A DNA stretch of 56,305 nucleotides from a virus. Taxonomy: Duplodnaviria; Caudoviricetes. Under the pieces are notes generated by a model that was not told the DNA's origin, searched no databases, and was given only the letters and a program-made list of their open reading frames with translations. The stretch covers positions 1 through 56,305 of IMG/VR virus record IMGVR_UViG_3300028326_000005. One strand, written 5' to 3'. Both the position numbers and the translations under genes were made by a program. Below are positions 7,583-16,586 of the stretch, piece after piece (the first letter of the stretch is position 1; every line of letters starts with the position of its first letter).

Positions 7583-10342
7583 ATGCTTGACTTCTTACGG
7601 GTTTCAACTCGAACCACCAAGCAGGGGACCGTTGAAATCTATCCCAAATTTGTTATCGATAATAAAAGCGACGATCTGATGATCCGGGGCGGTGATTTCT
7701 ACGCCGTCTGGGTGGAAGAAAAAAAGTTGTGGTCCACAGAAGAGCAGGATGCGCTGCGAATGATCGATGAAGCGCTGGACGAATATGCAAAAAACAACGC
7801 AGATCGGTTCGACGGCAAATGTCATGTGCTGCACATGTGGGATGCGGAGACCGGTATGATTGACCGGTGGCACAAGTATTGCCAGAAACAGATGAGAGAT
7901 GCCTTCCATATTCTGGATGAAAAATTGATATTCTCCAATACCAAGACCCGCAAAAAAGATTACGCAAGCAAGAAGTTAAGCTATCCGCTCGAGGCTGGCG
8001 AACCGGTTGCTTGGAACCGTCTGATTGACGTGCTATATTCCAAAGAGGAACGCCACAAAATCGAATGGGCGATCGGATCAGTCGTGTCCGGAGAATCCTG
8101 TAAACTGCAAAAGTTCATGGTTTTCTATGGCGCGGCTGGAACTGGCAAATCTACAGTGCTTAACATCATTGGTCAATTGTTTGACGGATATACCTCGGTT
8201 TTCGACGCCAAAGCACTTGGGTCATCCAACAACGCTTTTGCCCTTGAGGCGTTCCGTGGAAACCCACTGGTGGCGATTCAGCATGATGGTGATCTTAGCC
8301 ATATTGAAGATAATACTCGACTAAACAGTCTTGTTTCCCACGAAATCATGACCGTCAACGAAAAATTCAAATCAACGTATGCCAGCCGCTTTAAATGCTT
8401 TCTGTTTATGGGCACCAATAAGCCCGTAAAGATTACGGATGCAAAAAGCGGCTTGATCCGTCGTTTGGTGGATGTTTCTCCGACAGGTGAAAAACTGAGC
8501 CCGGGAGAGTACCGAACCACAATGAAACAGATCGGGTTTGAGCTTGGAGCAATTGCTAATCAGTGCATGGAGGTATATCTGGAGGACCCGGGAGCATATG
8601 ACGATTATATTCCAATCAACATGATTGGAGCGTCCAATGACTTCTACAACTTCATGATGGATGCGTGGTACGTATTTGCAAAGGAGGACGAAACCACCCT
8701 GAAGGCCGCGTGGGAAATGTACAAGACTTACTGCGATGACGCGAAGGTCGGGTATCCATATTCTCAGCGTGTGTTTAAGGAAGAGCTTAAAAACTACTTC
8801 GTGGACTATCAGGAAAGAATTACTCTTGCGGACGGCACCCGGATCCGAAATCACTATCAGGGTTTCCGTAAGGATAAGTTCGAGGAGGAGGACGTTCCGC
8901 CAGCCGGAGAAAAGAGTTCACCAACTCCTGAAACAAAGGCGGCATCGCCATTTCTGACACTGATACCGCAGCCTTCGATATTCGACCGGGATTGTGCGGA
9001 CTGCCCGGCGCAGTACACTTCCGACAAGGAGACGCCGATCGCCAAATGGGGCAATGTGACCGGCACCTTGAAGGAGTTGGACACAACCAGGCTGCACTAT
9101 GTGAAGGTACCGGAGAACCATATTGTGATCGACTTCGACATTCCGGACGAATTTGGAAACAAATGCCTGAACCGTAATCTGGAGGAAGCGGCTAAATGGC
9201 CACCTACCTATGCAGAGGTAAGCAAAGGCGGACAAGGGATACATCTGCATTATAACTATGCTGGTGACACCACCAAACTGAGCCGGATCTATGACGACCA
9301 CGTCGAAATTAAGGTTCCTGTTGGGAACAGCTCGTTACGACGAAAATTGACGCTATGTAACAACCTGCCCATCGCAACCATCAGTTCCGGATTGCCGCTG
9401 AAAGGAGAGGAGAGCAAAACGGTCGACTTTGAAGGAATCAAGAACGAAAAGGCGCTTCGCACCCTGATCAAACGAAACCTGAACAAAGAGTATCATGCTT
9501 ATACCAAACCGAGCGTGGACTTTATTTATGACACCCTGGAAAAGATGTACCAGAGCAAGACACCATATGACGTGACTGACATGCGCAACGCGATTCTCAG
9601 TTTTGCGGCAGGCAGCACCCATAATGCGGATGCCTGCATCAAACGGGTAAACCGAATGAAGTTCAAATCGGAGGAACCTTCCGCCAACCGCGAGGAACCG
9701 AATGAGAAACTGATTTTCTACGACGTGGAAGTGTTCCCCAACCTTTTCCTTATCAATTGGAAACTAGCGGGGGAAGGAAACCCGGTCATTCGGATGATCA
9801 ACCCGAAGCCCGTCGAGGTGGAGGAACTGATGCGGCATCGGCTGGTCGGATTTAACTGCCGGCGGTACGATAACCATATTCTTTATGCCTGTCTGATGGG
9901 GTATACAAATGAAATGTTATACGACCTGAGCCAGAAGATTGTAAGCGGAAACAGCGCGAACTGCTTTTTCAGCGAGGCTTACAACGCAAGTTATACGGAT
10001 GTATACGACTTTGCGTCGGCTGGAAACAAAAAAAGTCTGAAAAAGTTTGAGATCGAGCTGGGCATTCACCATCAGGAACTCGGACTGCCCTGGGATCAGC
10101 CGGTGCCGGAAGAACTGTGGATGAAGGTCGCCGAATACTGTGACAACGATGTTATCGCGACCGAAGCAGTGTTCAATTACCTGTCGGCAGACTGGACCGC
10201 AAGGCAGATTCTGGCGGATGTGGCCGGAATGACAGTGAATGACACGACCAACAGCCTGACCACGAGAATCATATTTGGGAACGACCGGAAACCGCAGGGC
10301 CAGTTCAATTACCGGAATCTGGCGTTGCCGGTATCTAGCTGA
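7583..10342 (+). CDS. SF3 helicase - primase(-polymerase) - 3'-5' exonuclease fusion (N-terminal part of the replicase)
   Basis: Walker A GAAGTGKST and FMGTN; prim-pol VIDFD...GIHLHY; exonuclease motifs FYDVEVF, GFNCRRYD, YCDNDV. Confidence 0.88.
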   Translation: MLDFLRVSTRTTKQGTVEIYPKFVIDNKSDDLMIRGGDFYAVWVEEKKLWSTEEQDALRMIDEALDEYAKNNADRFDGKCHVLHMWDAETGMIDRWHKYCQKQMRDAFHILDEKLIFSNTKTRKKDYASKKLSYPLEAGEPVAWNRLIDVLYSKEERHKIEWAIGSVVSGESCKLQKFMVFYGAAGTGKSTVLNIIGQLFDGYTSVFDAKALGSSNNAFALEAFRGNPLVAIQHDGDLSHIEDNTRLNSLVSHEIMTVNEKFKSTYASRFKCFLFMGTNKPVKITDAKSGLIRRLVDVSPTGEKLSPGEYRTTMKQIGFELGAIANQCMEVYLEDPGAYDDYIPINMIGASNDFYNFMMDAWYVFAKEDETTLKAAWEMYKTYCDDAKVGYPYSQRVFKEELKNYFVDYQERITLADGTRIRNHYQGFRKDKFEEEDVPPAGEKSSPTPETKAASPFLTLIPQPSIFDRDCADCPAQYTSDKETPIAKWGNVTGTLKELDTTRLHYVKVPENHIVIDFDIPDEFGNKCLNRNLEEAAKWPPTYAEVSKGGQGIHLHYNYAGDTTKLSRIYDDHVEIKVPVGNSSLRRKLTLCNNLPIATISSGLPLKGEESKTVDFEGIKNEKALRTLIKRNLNKEYHAYTKPSVDFIYDTLEKMYQSKTPYDVTDMRNAILSFAAGSTHNADACIKRVNRMKFKSEEPSANREEPNEKLIFYDVEVFPNLFLINWKLAGEGNPVIRMINPKPVEVEELMRHRLVGFNCRRYDNHILYACLMGYTNEMLYDLSQKIVSGNSANCFFSEAYNASYTDVYDFASAGNKKSLKKFEIELGIHHQELGLPWDQPVPEELWMKVAEYCDNDVIATEAVFNYLSADWTARQILADVAGMTVNDTTNSLTTRIIFGNDRKPQGQFNYRNLALPVSS

Positions 10343-10361
10343 CGGATAGGAGGATAAGTCT

Positions 10362-10598
10362 ATGGTCTACGCGGAAAAACAGAATGATACCTGCGAAACC
10401 TGTATGCACGATGCAATATGTGTGATGAAACCCATTTTTTGGGAACTGCGCAAACGGCGTAATGAAATGGCCAATCAAATTGCATTGTCATACCGAAGTT
10501 CATTTCCGGTTACCGTCCGTTGTGAACTGTACATGCCTCGAGAAACCAAAGTCTATCGTCAGGAAATGACGCTTATCCAAAACTTAAAGCAACAATAG
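10362..10598 (+). CDS. Small Cys-rich protein between the replicase halves
   Basis: AGGAGG RBS; CETCMHDAIC...C. Confidence 0.6.
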   Translation: MVYAEKQNDTCETCMHDAICVMKPIFWELRKRRNEMANQIALSYRSSFPVTVRCELYMPRETKVYRQEMTLIQNLKQQ

Positions 10599-10624
10599 CG
10601 CGAAATAAACAACGCCCTTTATGA
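10599..10624 (+). promoter_or_regulatory. Phage promoter-like motif copy 5
   Basis: CGCG AAATAAACAACGCCCTTT ATGA. Confidence 0.8.
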
Positions 10625-10649
10625 AGGTATTTCTATTTCATAAAGGAGG

Positions 10650-10925
10650 ATGACTATTATGGCTATGGAAAAACTGAATGAGAAAGACGAGAAGGCACTT
10701 TCATTTTACGAAGAAGTGAACGATCTTTATTACGACTGCTTGGTATCTGCAAAAAAAACAATTCTGTATATGACAGAATACGGTTTAAGTTTAAGGATGC
10801 TGAGTTTGTTGGCGAAGGCCGTTCGCCGGGCACGGAAATGCACGTGTTTGCGCAATAAGCTTATTCAGAAGTTTAAAGTGGTCGAAGAATACGACCGTCA
10901 ACTGGAAATGCAACAGACTGCCTGA
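10650..10925 (+). CDS. Hypothetical protein (cassette 5)
   Basis: AAAGGAGG RBS; lies between the motif and a terminator; true start may be a few codons later. Confidence 0.65.
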   Translation: MTIMAMEKLNEKDEKALSFYEEVNDLYYDCLVSAKKTILYMTEYGLSLRMLSLLAKAVRRARKCTCLRNKLIQKFKVVEEYDRQLEMQQTA

Positions 10926-10930
10926 CAATC

Positions 10931-10966
10931 GGAGGAGCTCTATACAAGGGCTCTTCCTTTATTTTT
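10931..10966 (+). terminator. Intrinsic terminator
   Basis: GGAGGAGCTC-TATACAA-GGGCTCTTCC then TTTATTTTT. Confidence 0.8.
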
Positions 10967-10985
10967 ATAAGTAAGGAGGGCACTG

Positions 10986-11060
10986 ATGAACGACAAAATA
11001 CTGCACGTCATGCTAATTGCCGTTTTTGAGCGGCTTCGTAAAAAACAGGAGGGCCAATGA
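10986..11060 (+). CDS. 24-aa peptide coupled (ATGA overlap) to the polymerase gene
   Basis: AAGGAGG RBS; MNDKILHVMLIAVFERLRKKQEGQ*; stop overlaps the polymerase start. Confidence 0.4.
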   Translation: MNDKILHVMLIAVFERLRKKQEGQ

Positions 11061-12334
11061 GAATATTTGATGAACTCGGGCAGCCGTTATACCGGGATTG
11101 GACAGGCGAAAAGCTGCCAGACGGATACAGCGTGCAGCCGTTCTTTCCAGGGTACACGTTCGAAGGCGGAAAATCCATATACCGCGGAGAAGAAGTCGGC
11201 GAAGGCGGGTATGTATATTCGGAACCTGGAATGTACGGAAATGTAGCGCTGTTGGACATTGCCAGCATGCATCCATCAAGCATCATAGCCGAGGATCTGT
11301 TTGGCCCGACCTATACTGCGCGGTTTGCGGACCTCAAAAAAGCCCGTATCGAAATCAAACATAAGAATTGGGATGTCGTCCGGGGTATGCTGGACGGAAA
11401 ACTGGAGAAATATATACAGAAGGTGCTCAACCATGAGATGACAGCCAAGCAACTCTCCAATGCCCTGAAAACAGCTATCAATTCTGTATACGGACTTACA
11501 AGTGCCAGCTTCGACAATCCATTCCATGACCCGCGCAACAAGGACAACATCGTTGCCAAACGCGGAGCGCTGTTCATGGTGAACCTTAAGCACGCGGTGC
11601 AGGAACAGGGTTTCCGGGTTGCCCATATCAAAACCGACTCGATCAAGATACCGGACGCCACACCCGAGATTATCAAGTTTGTAACCGATTACGGGAGGGA
11701 GTATGAGTACAACTTCGAACATGAAGCTACATACGACCGGATGTGTCTGGTAAACGACGCAGTATATGTGGCGAAGTACGCAACAGTAGAAAAATGTGAA
11801 GACCTGTACGGACGGGAGTATGTGCAAAGCAGCGACGATGTGCTGTCCGGATGCAAAGACCATCCGGGGGAATGGACTGCTACCGGAACCCAGTTCCAGA
11901 TTCCGTACGTGTTCAAAAAACTGTTCAGCCATGAGGAGATTGTGTTCGACGACCTGTGCGAGACCAAGAGTGTAACTTCCGCACTGTTCCTGAAGGGTGA
12001 GGATCCGGCGGACGACCCCGAGTTTATCGGACGCGTCGGCCGGTTCTGCCCAATCAAACCCGGATGCGGGGGAAAGGAACTGCTTCGGGAATCGCGGGAT
12101 AAAGACGGAAATGTAAAGTACGGGGCGGCCACCGGCACAAAAGGATATTTCTGGCTGGAAAGTGAGTTAGTAAAGAGTCTTGGAAAAGAGAACGACGTTG
12201 ACCAAAGCTACTATACCCGGTTGGTAGGCGAAGCAGTAAAGAGTCTGAGCGAACAGGGCGACTTTGAGTGGTTCGTGTCCGACGACCCCTATATTCCGGC
12301 AGCGCCTTCGGAGGATCGGGCACCCTGGGAATAA
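11057..12334 (+). CDS. Family-B-type DNA polymerase catalytic domain (C-terminal part of the replicase)
   Basis: Motif A LDIASMHPS, motif B KTAINSVYG, motif C HIKTDSI. Confidence 0.88.
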   Translation: MRIFDELGQPLYRDWTGEKLPDGYSVQPFFPGYTFEGGKSIYRGEEVGEGGYVYSEPGMYGNVALLDIASMHPSSIIAEDLFGPTYTARFADLKKARIEIKHKNWDVVRGMLDGKLEKYIQKVLNHEMTAKQLSNALKTAINSVYGLTSASFDNPFHDPRNKDNIVAKRGALFMVNLKHAVQEQGFRVAHIKTDSIKIPDATPEIIKFVTDYGREYEYNFEHEATYDRMCLVNDAVYVAKYATVEKCEDLYGREYVQSSDDVLSGCKDHPGEWTATGTQFQIPYVFKKLFSHEEIVFDDLCETKSVTSALFLKGEDPADDPEFIGRVGRFCPIKPGCGGKELLRESRDKDGNVKYGAATGTKGYFWLESELVKSLGKENDVDQSYYTRLVGEAVKSLSEQGDFEWFVSDDPYIPAAPSEDRAPWE

Positions 12335-12341
12335 GGGAATA

Positions 12342-12367
12342 CGCGAAAAATACCTCTGCTATTATGG
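12342..12367 (+). promoter_or_regulatory. Phage promoter-like motif copy 6
   Basis: CGCG AAAAATACCTCTGCTATT ATGG. Confidence 0.8.
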
Positions 12368-12397
12368 AAAAAATATCCATATTATCAAAGCGGAGGA

Positions 12398-12682
12398 ATG
12401 AACATGAACCAAATGGGAAAACGTGTGTTTCTTTACGGATTTGATGAGGAATATCGGGTGATTCACTATGGCCGCGTTGCCAAAGAATATCCGGATTTTA
12501 AAGAACTGAAGCTTCAGGCATATAACATGAAGCACCAATTCCCAATAATCCAATATCTCTTTGCCGCAAACAGCAGCCAGGAGATCTACCGTGCCTGCAT
12601 CGATTCTGTTAAGAACAAAACAGTGGAAGACCGTGTGCTGTTCAAGATCATGGTCGAAGCGGAAGGTATCCGGATATATTAA
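12398..12682 (+). CDS. Hypothetical protein (cassette 6)
   Basis: GGAGG RBS; lies between the motif and a terminator. Confidence 0.65.
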   Translation: MNMNQMGKRVFLYGFDEEYRVIHYGRVAKEYPDFKELKLQAYNMKHQFPIIQYLFAANSSQEIYRACIDSVKNKTVEDRVLFKIMVEAEGIRIY

Positions 12683-12686
12683 CGGG

Positions 12687-12728
12687 AGAGAAGGCGCCGA
12701 ACACATGGCGTCTTCTTTTCTGCTTTTA
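12687..12728 (+). terminator. Intrinsic terminator
   Basis: AGAAGGCGCC-GAACACAT-GGCGTCTTCT then TTTCTGCTTTT. Confidence 0.75.
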
Positions 12729-12826
12729 CGACAGCAAAGGAGGGAACCAAATGAAACGGTACTTCTGACGAATATCTGCCCATAGAACAAGTATACGAAA
12801 CGCTGAGAAAGAGTGGGGAAACAAAG

Positions 12827-13291
12827 ATGGAAAAGCAACTGGATAACCTTGTTATTGAGAACGCCCACGTTATTTTCCGTAATTTTTCGGGCAAAGAGAG
12901 CAAGTTCAACCGGCCGGGGGACCGAAATTTTGGCGTGATTCTCAATGACCCGAAATTAGTGGAGCAACTGAACGAGGACGGATGGAACGTCCGAATTCTG
13001 AAGCCACGGGAGGAGGGCGAGGAGCCGCGTTACTGGCTGCCGGTCAAGGTGAGCTTTGACCATGTTCCGCCCCGTGTATTCCTGGTAACCAAGAGGGCAA
13101 AGACACCGCTGGACGAGGAATCCATCGAAACGCTGGATTACGCGGAGATCCGGACGGTAGACCTCACAATCCGGCCATATTCCTGGGACGTGAACGGGAA
13201 AACAGGCGCGAAGGCTTACCTGAAGACCATGTACGTAACCATCGAAGAGGACGAATTCGGGGACAAGTACGCACGGGAGGACGATTTTTAA
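12827..13291 (+). CDS. ssb: Phage single-stranded DNA-binding protein
   Basis: IFRNFSG...GDRNF...KAYLKTMYVTI with acidic tail EDEFGDKYAREDDF; position in the replication module. Confidence 0.75.
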   Translation: MEKQLDNLVIENAHVIFRNFSGKESKFNRPGDRNFGVILNDPKLVEQLNEDGWNVRILKPREEGEEPRYWLPVKVSFDHVPPRVFLVTKRAKTPLDEESIETLDYAEIRTVDLTIRPYSWDVNGKTGAKAYLKTMYVTIEEDEFGDKYAREDDF

Positions 13292-13443
13292 TGGAACAAC
13301 ACGACAAACTGGTATATTTCAAGGATTACTGTGCAAAATGCCGGTATGCTAACGCATCCGAGGTCGACGACCCGTGCTTTGACTGCCTGGCCGAACCGAC
13401 AAACACCGATTCACACAAACCGGTTAAATACGAGGAGAAATAA
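13291..13443 (+). CDS. 50-aa Cys4 zinc-binding protein
   Basis: TAATG overlap with ssb; YCAKC...PCFDCL. Confidence 0.6.
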   Translation: MEQHDKLVYFKDYCAKCRYANASEVDDPCFDCLAEPTNTDSHKPVKYEEK

Positions 13444-13452
13444 CATTAGACA

Positions 13453-13484
13453 AGATGAGCCTGATTACATGGGCTCGTCTTTTA
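13453..13484 (+). terminator. Intrinsic terminator
   Basis: AGATGAGCCT-GATTACAT-GGGCTCGTCT then TTT. Confidence 0.65.
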
Positions 13485-13485
13485 T

Positions 13486-13552
13486 GCGCACATGGCGAAA
13501 TTGGCAGACGCGATAAAAATCTTATGTGAGTTCAAATCTCACTGTGCACACC
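13486..13552 (+). ncRNA. tRNA-Leu-like RNA lacking a canonical anticodon and variable arm
   Basis: Acceptor GCGCACA/TGTGCAC (6 of 7 pairs), D region TGGCGAAATTGGCAGACGCG, T arm GTGAG-TTCAAAT-CTCAC, 3' ACC; only 13 nt between D and T arms. Confidence 0.7.
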
Positions 13553-13579
13553 GCGACAAAATAAGGAGGACGATTAACT

Positions 13580-14497
13580 ATGACCGGAGATTTCAAACTT
13601 ACCAGTGAGTATCTTGAAAGTATCGGCGCCTGCGAAGAAGGGCGGACTGCATTTGCAAACCGTTTTCCGGATGGGGCCGGATATCAGGAAACGCTGAATG
13701 AATGCGCAAAAGAACACCGCGAAGATTTTGCAACGTGGCTATTTGGAAAAATCGGGAAGACTGCTGACACCCTAGTAATCTACGAGGAAATCCAAGATCC
13801 GGAGCGTTCCATCCTGTTTGCCGGAAGTATTACATTTAAAAAGCCAGCATTGCTCAAATGCGTAGTGGCCGGAGAGTTTATCAAGGCCAGAGGGTCTATC
13901 AAGGCCGGAGGGTCTATCAAGGCCGGAGGGTTTATCGAGGCCGGAGGGTCTATCAAGGCCGGAGGGTTTATCGAGGCCAGAGAGTTTATCAAGGCCGGAT
14001 GGTCTATCACGGCCGGAGAGTTTATCAAAGCCGAAGAGTTTATCAAGGCCGAAGAGTTTATCAAGGCCGAATGGTCTATCAAGGCCGGAGGGTTTATCGA
14101 GGCCGGAGAGTTTATCGAGGCCGGAGAGTTTATCAAGGCCAGAGGGTCTATCAAGGCCGAATGGTCTATCAAGGCCGGAGGGTTTATCGAGGCCGGAGAG
14201 TTTATCGAGGCCGGATGGTCTATCAAGGCCGAATGGTCTATCAAGGCCGGAGGGTCTATCAAGGCCGGAGAGTTTATCGAGGCCGGATGGTCTATCACGG
14301 CCGGAGGGTTTATCGAGGCCGGAGGGTTTATCAAGGCCGGAGAGTTTATCAAGGCCGGAGGGTCTATCGAGGCCGGAGAGGATTATGGAATATTTGCAGG
14401 TCTGCAAGTAAAAATCAGTGATTGGAAAATCAACGCAATGGTTGTCGCAACTGAAAAACCAAAAAATCTGATTAGCGGATACTGGAAAGAACGTTAA
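13580..14497 (+). CDS. Hexapeptide-repeat (beta-solenoid-like) protein
   Basis: AAGGAGG RBS; 28 x I[KET]A[GER][GEW][FS] flanked by unique domains. Confidence 0.8.
   Translation: MTGDFKLTSEYLESIGACEEGRTAFANRFPDGAGYQETLNECAKEHREDFATWLFGKIGKTADTLVIYEEIQDPERSILFAGSITFKKPALLKCVVAGEFIKARGSIKAGGSIKAGGFIEAGGSIKAGGFIEAREFIKAGWSITAGEFIKAEEFIKAEEFIKAEWSIKAGGFIEAGEFIEAGEFIKARGSIKAEWSIKAGGFIEAGEFIEAGWSIKAEWSIKAGGSIKAGEFIEAGWSITAGGFIEAGGFIKAGEFIKAGGSIEAGEDYGIFAGLQVKISDWKINAMVVATEKPKNLISGYWKER
13880..14383 (+). repeat. 28 tandem 18-bp repeats
   Basis: Unit ATC-(AAG/GAG/ACG)-GCC-(GGA/GAA/AGA)-(GGG/GAG/TGG)-(TTT/TCT). Confidence 0.95.
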
Positions 14498-14512
14498 AAA
14501 GGAGCGGCTGAT

Positions 14513-15733
14513 ATGCAACTTTACGACTACCAACTTGACGCCATCAAACGAATGAAAAACGGCTGCATTCTGTGCGGAGGGGTTGGCAGCGGAAAGAGCA
14601 GAACAGCCATCGCTTATTACTTCTTTCAAGAGGGGGGACTTATCGGGGATCCAGATGGTGACGAACCATATTCCCCAATGGATGATCCGCCAAAAGACCT
14701 GTATATCATTACCACCGCCAGAAAACGTGATACGCTGGAATGGGAGGGCGAGCTTTTGCCCTTCCTTCTTTCTACAGACAAGACCGTAAACCTGTATGCC
14801 AACACTGTGACAATCGATAGTTGGAATAATGTCGGTAAGTATAAAGAAGTAACCGGCGCCTTCTTTATATTTGATGAGCAGCGTGTAATTGGCAGCGGGG
14901 CTTGGGTGAAATCATTTCTTAAAATAGCCAAGAATAACGCCTGGATCCTGCTGTCGGCAACCCCCGGAGATACCTGGCAGGATTATATTCCGGTGTTTCT
15001 GGCCAATGGATTCTTCAAAAACCGATCGGCATTCGTGCGGGAACATGTCGTGTACAGCACGTACTGTAAATTCCCTAAAGTGGACCGGTATCTGAATACA
15101 GGCCGACTGGTCAGGTTACGGAACAGCATTCTGGTTACAATGGACTTCGAACGGCAAACGGTAGCGCATCATGAAGACGTATACGTATCCTACAGCGTGG
15201 AAAAGTACAGAGACATAGGGAGGAACCGCTGGGATCCGTATAAAAACGAGCCGATCCAAAACGCCGGAGGACTGTGCTATATTTGGAGAAAAATGGTGAA
15301 TTCGGACGTTTCACGACAGGTTGCACTACTAAACCTATTCGAAAATCATCCGAAGATGATCGTGTTTTATAACTTTGATTATGAATTGGAACTTTTGAAA
15401 GGGTTGGGGTATGGAGAAGATGTTGAGGTAGCCGAATGGAATGGACATCTGCACCAGCCACTTCCGGAAGGAAAGACGTGGGTCTATCTGGTGCAGTACA
15501 CCGCCGGATGCGAAGGCTGGAACTGTATTAAAACAGACACCATTGTATTCTATTCCCAGAACTACAGTTACAAGGTGATGGCGCAGGCAGCGGGGCGAAT
15601 TGACCGGCTGAACACCCCGTTTCACGATCTGTATTACTATCACCTGAAAACCAGAAGCGGAATCGACCTTGCCATTTCCAGGGCACTGCGCGATAAACGA
15701 ACCTTCCATGAAACAAGCTTTGTGAAGTGGTGA
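14513..15733 (+). CDS. SF2 (SNF2-like) DNA helicase
   Basis: LYDYQ, GVGSGKS, FDEQR, LSATP, EGWN, QAAGRIDR. Confidence 0.88.
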   Translation: MQLYDYQLDAIKRMKNGCILCGGVGSGKSRTAIAYYFFQEGGLIGDPDGDEPYSPMDDPPKDLYIITTARKRDTLEWEGELLPFLLSTDKTVNLYANTVTIDSWNNVGKYKEVTGAFFIFDEQRVIGSGAWVKSFLKIAKNNAWILLSATPGDTWQDYIPVFLANGFFKNRSAFVREHVVYSTYCKFPKVDRYLNTGRLVRLRNSILVTMDFERQTVAHHEDVYVSYSVEKYRDIGRNRWDPYKNEPIQNAGGLCYIWRKMVNSDVSRQVALLNLFENHPKMIVFYNFDYELELLKGLGYGEDVEVAEWNGHLHQPLPEGKTWVYLVQYTAGCEGWNCIKTDTIVFYSQNYSYKVMAQAAGRIDRLNTPFHDLYYYHLKTRSGIDLAISRALRDKRTFHETSFVKW

Positions 15734-15746
15734 AGGAGGTGTCAGG

Positions 15747-16061
15747 TTGAAAAACGACTATGGGTTCAAACGAGTTGCGGAGAGTGAGTTCAAAAAAATC
15801 GATGAGTGGACGACACCTGCTTCGAAGAAAAAATGGCATATACGCTGCCTGTATAATAAGATCTTGCCAAAACAGAAAGGACATCATAGTGTTGGGAAAT
15901 ACCAGGGTCCAGCGCTTATAGACACGGATAACGATCTGCGAAACATGGACATTTCAAAGGAGTTACGGCTGCTTGGATATCCAGAATCGGAGATCAACCG
16001 ATGGGCGTTGATTAAGAAAATCGAACAGCGAACCGGGAAACAATGCGATGACTATCTGTAA
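15747..16061 (+). CDS. Hypothetical protein
   Basis: AAGGAGGTG RBS before TTG. Confidence 0.6.
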   Translation: MKNDYGFKRVAESEFKKIDEWTTPASKKKWHIRCLYNKILPKQKGHHSVGKYQGPALIDTDNDLRNMDISKELRLLGYPESEINRWALIKKIEQRTGKQCDDYL

Positions 16062-16083
16062 AAAAGAACAGGAGGAATCCATC

Positions 16084-16557
16084 ATGAAAAAGTTCTTTAT
16101 GGTTCTTCTTTTTATTCTTGTCGTGGCGATGGTGGTGCTTGCAAGCCCCAGTGGTTATTCTGCGATAGGCGAGACCATGTATGTTTCCGTCAAAGACAAT
16201 ACGTGGCTGAACGGCAGAGCCGAACCGAACATGCAGGCCAATATCGAATGCCATTTTTCAGACAAAGATACGGTGACCGTTCTGGATATGGCAGACGGTT
16301 GGGCCAAAGTACAGGAGGGCGGGGAGGCACCGTTCAGTTACGTAAAATGGGATTACCTGACGGCGAGCCTTGATGGACCGCATCCAATGCAGGTTGCCTC
16401 GAACGGACGGGTGCGGATCCGGAACAATCCGAACGGAAAAGAGATTGTCGGTTATGCGGAAAACGGCGACGTGGTGAACGTCGCTTTTTTCTTTTCTGGC
16501 TGGGCCAAAACGGACAAAGGCTGGATCAATACTGACTACCTGTCGGAACAGCAATAA
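16084..16557 (+). CDS. Exported protein with two SH3b domains
   Basis: Signal/anchor MKKFFMVLLFILVVAMVVLA; LNGRAEP...GWAKV...YVKWDYL and VRIRNNP...GWAKT..GWINTDYL. Confidence 0.75.
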   Translation: MKKFFMVLLFILVVAMVVLASPSGYSAIGETMYVSVKDNTWLNGRAEPNMQANIECHFSDKDTVTVLDMADGWAKVQEGGEAPFSYVKWDYLTASLDGPHPMQVASNGRVRIRNNPNGKEIVGYAENGDVVNVAFFFSGWAKTDKGWINTDYLSEQQ

Positions 16558-16586
16558 AAAATACCAAGATATAGAAGGAGTAACCT

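Noticed and set aside
10343-11056. Group I/II intron or intein in the polymerase
   Set aside because: No recognisable intron core, homing nuclease or intein termini; the gap holds ordinary RBS-led ORFs, a promoter motif and a terminator
13880-14383. CRISPR array or DGR template/variable repeat
   Set aside because: No spacers, no cas operon and no reverse transcriptase in the window; it is a coding tandem repeat
13772-14629. Three extra long ORFs over the 18-bp array (RRVYQG, GLDKPS and PALIDP frames)
   Set aside because: Stop-free repeat units open other frames automatically; only 13580..14497 has an RBS and unique flanking domains
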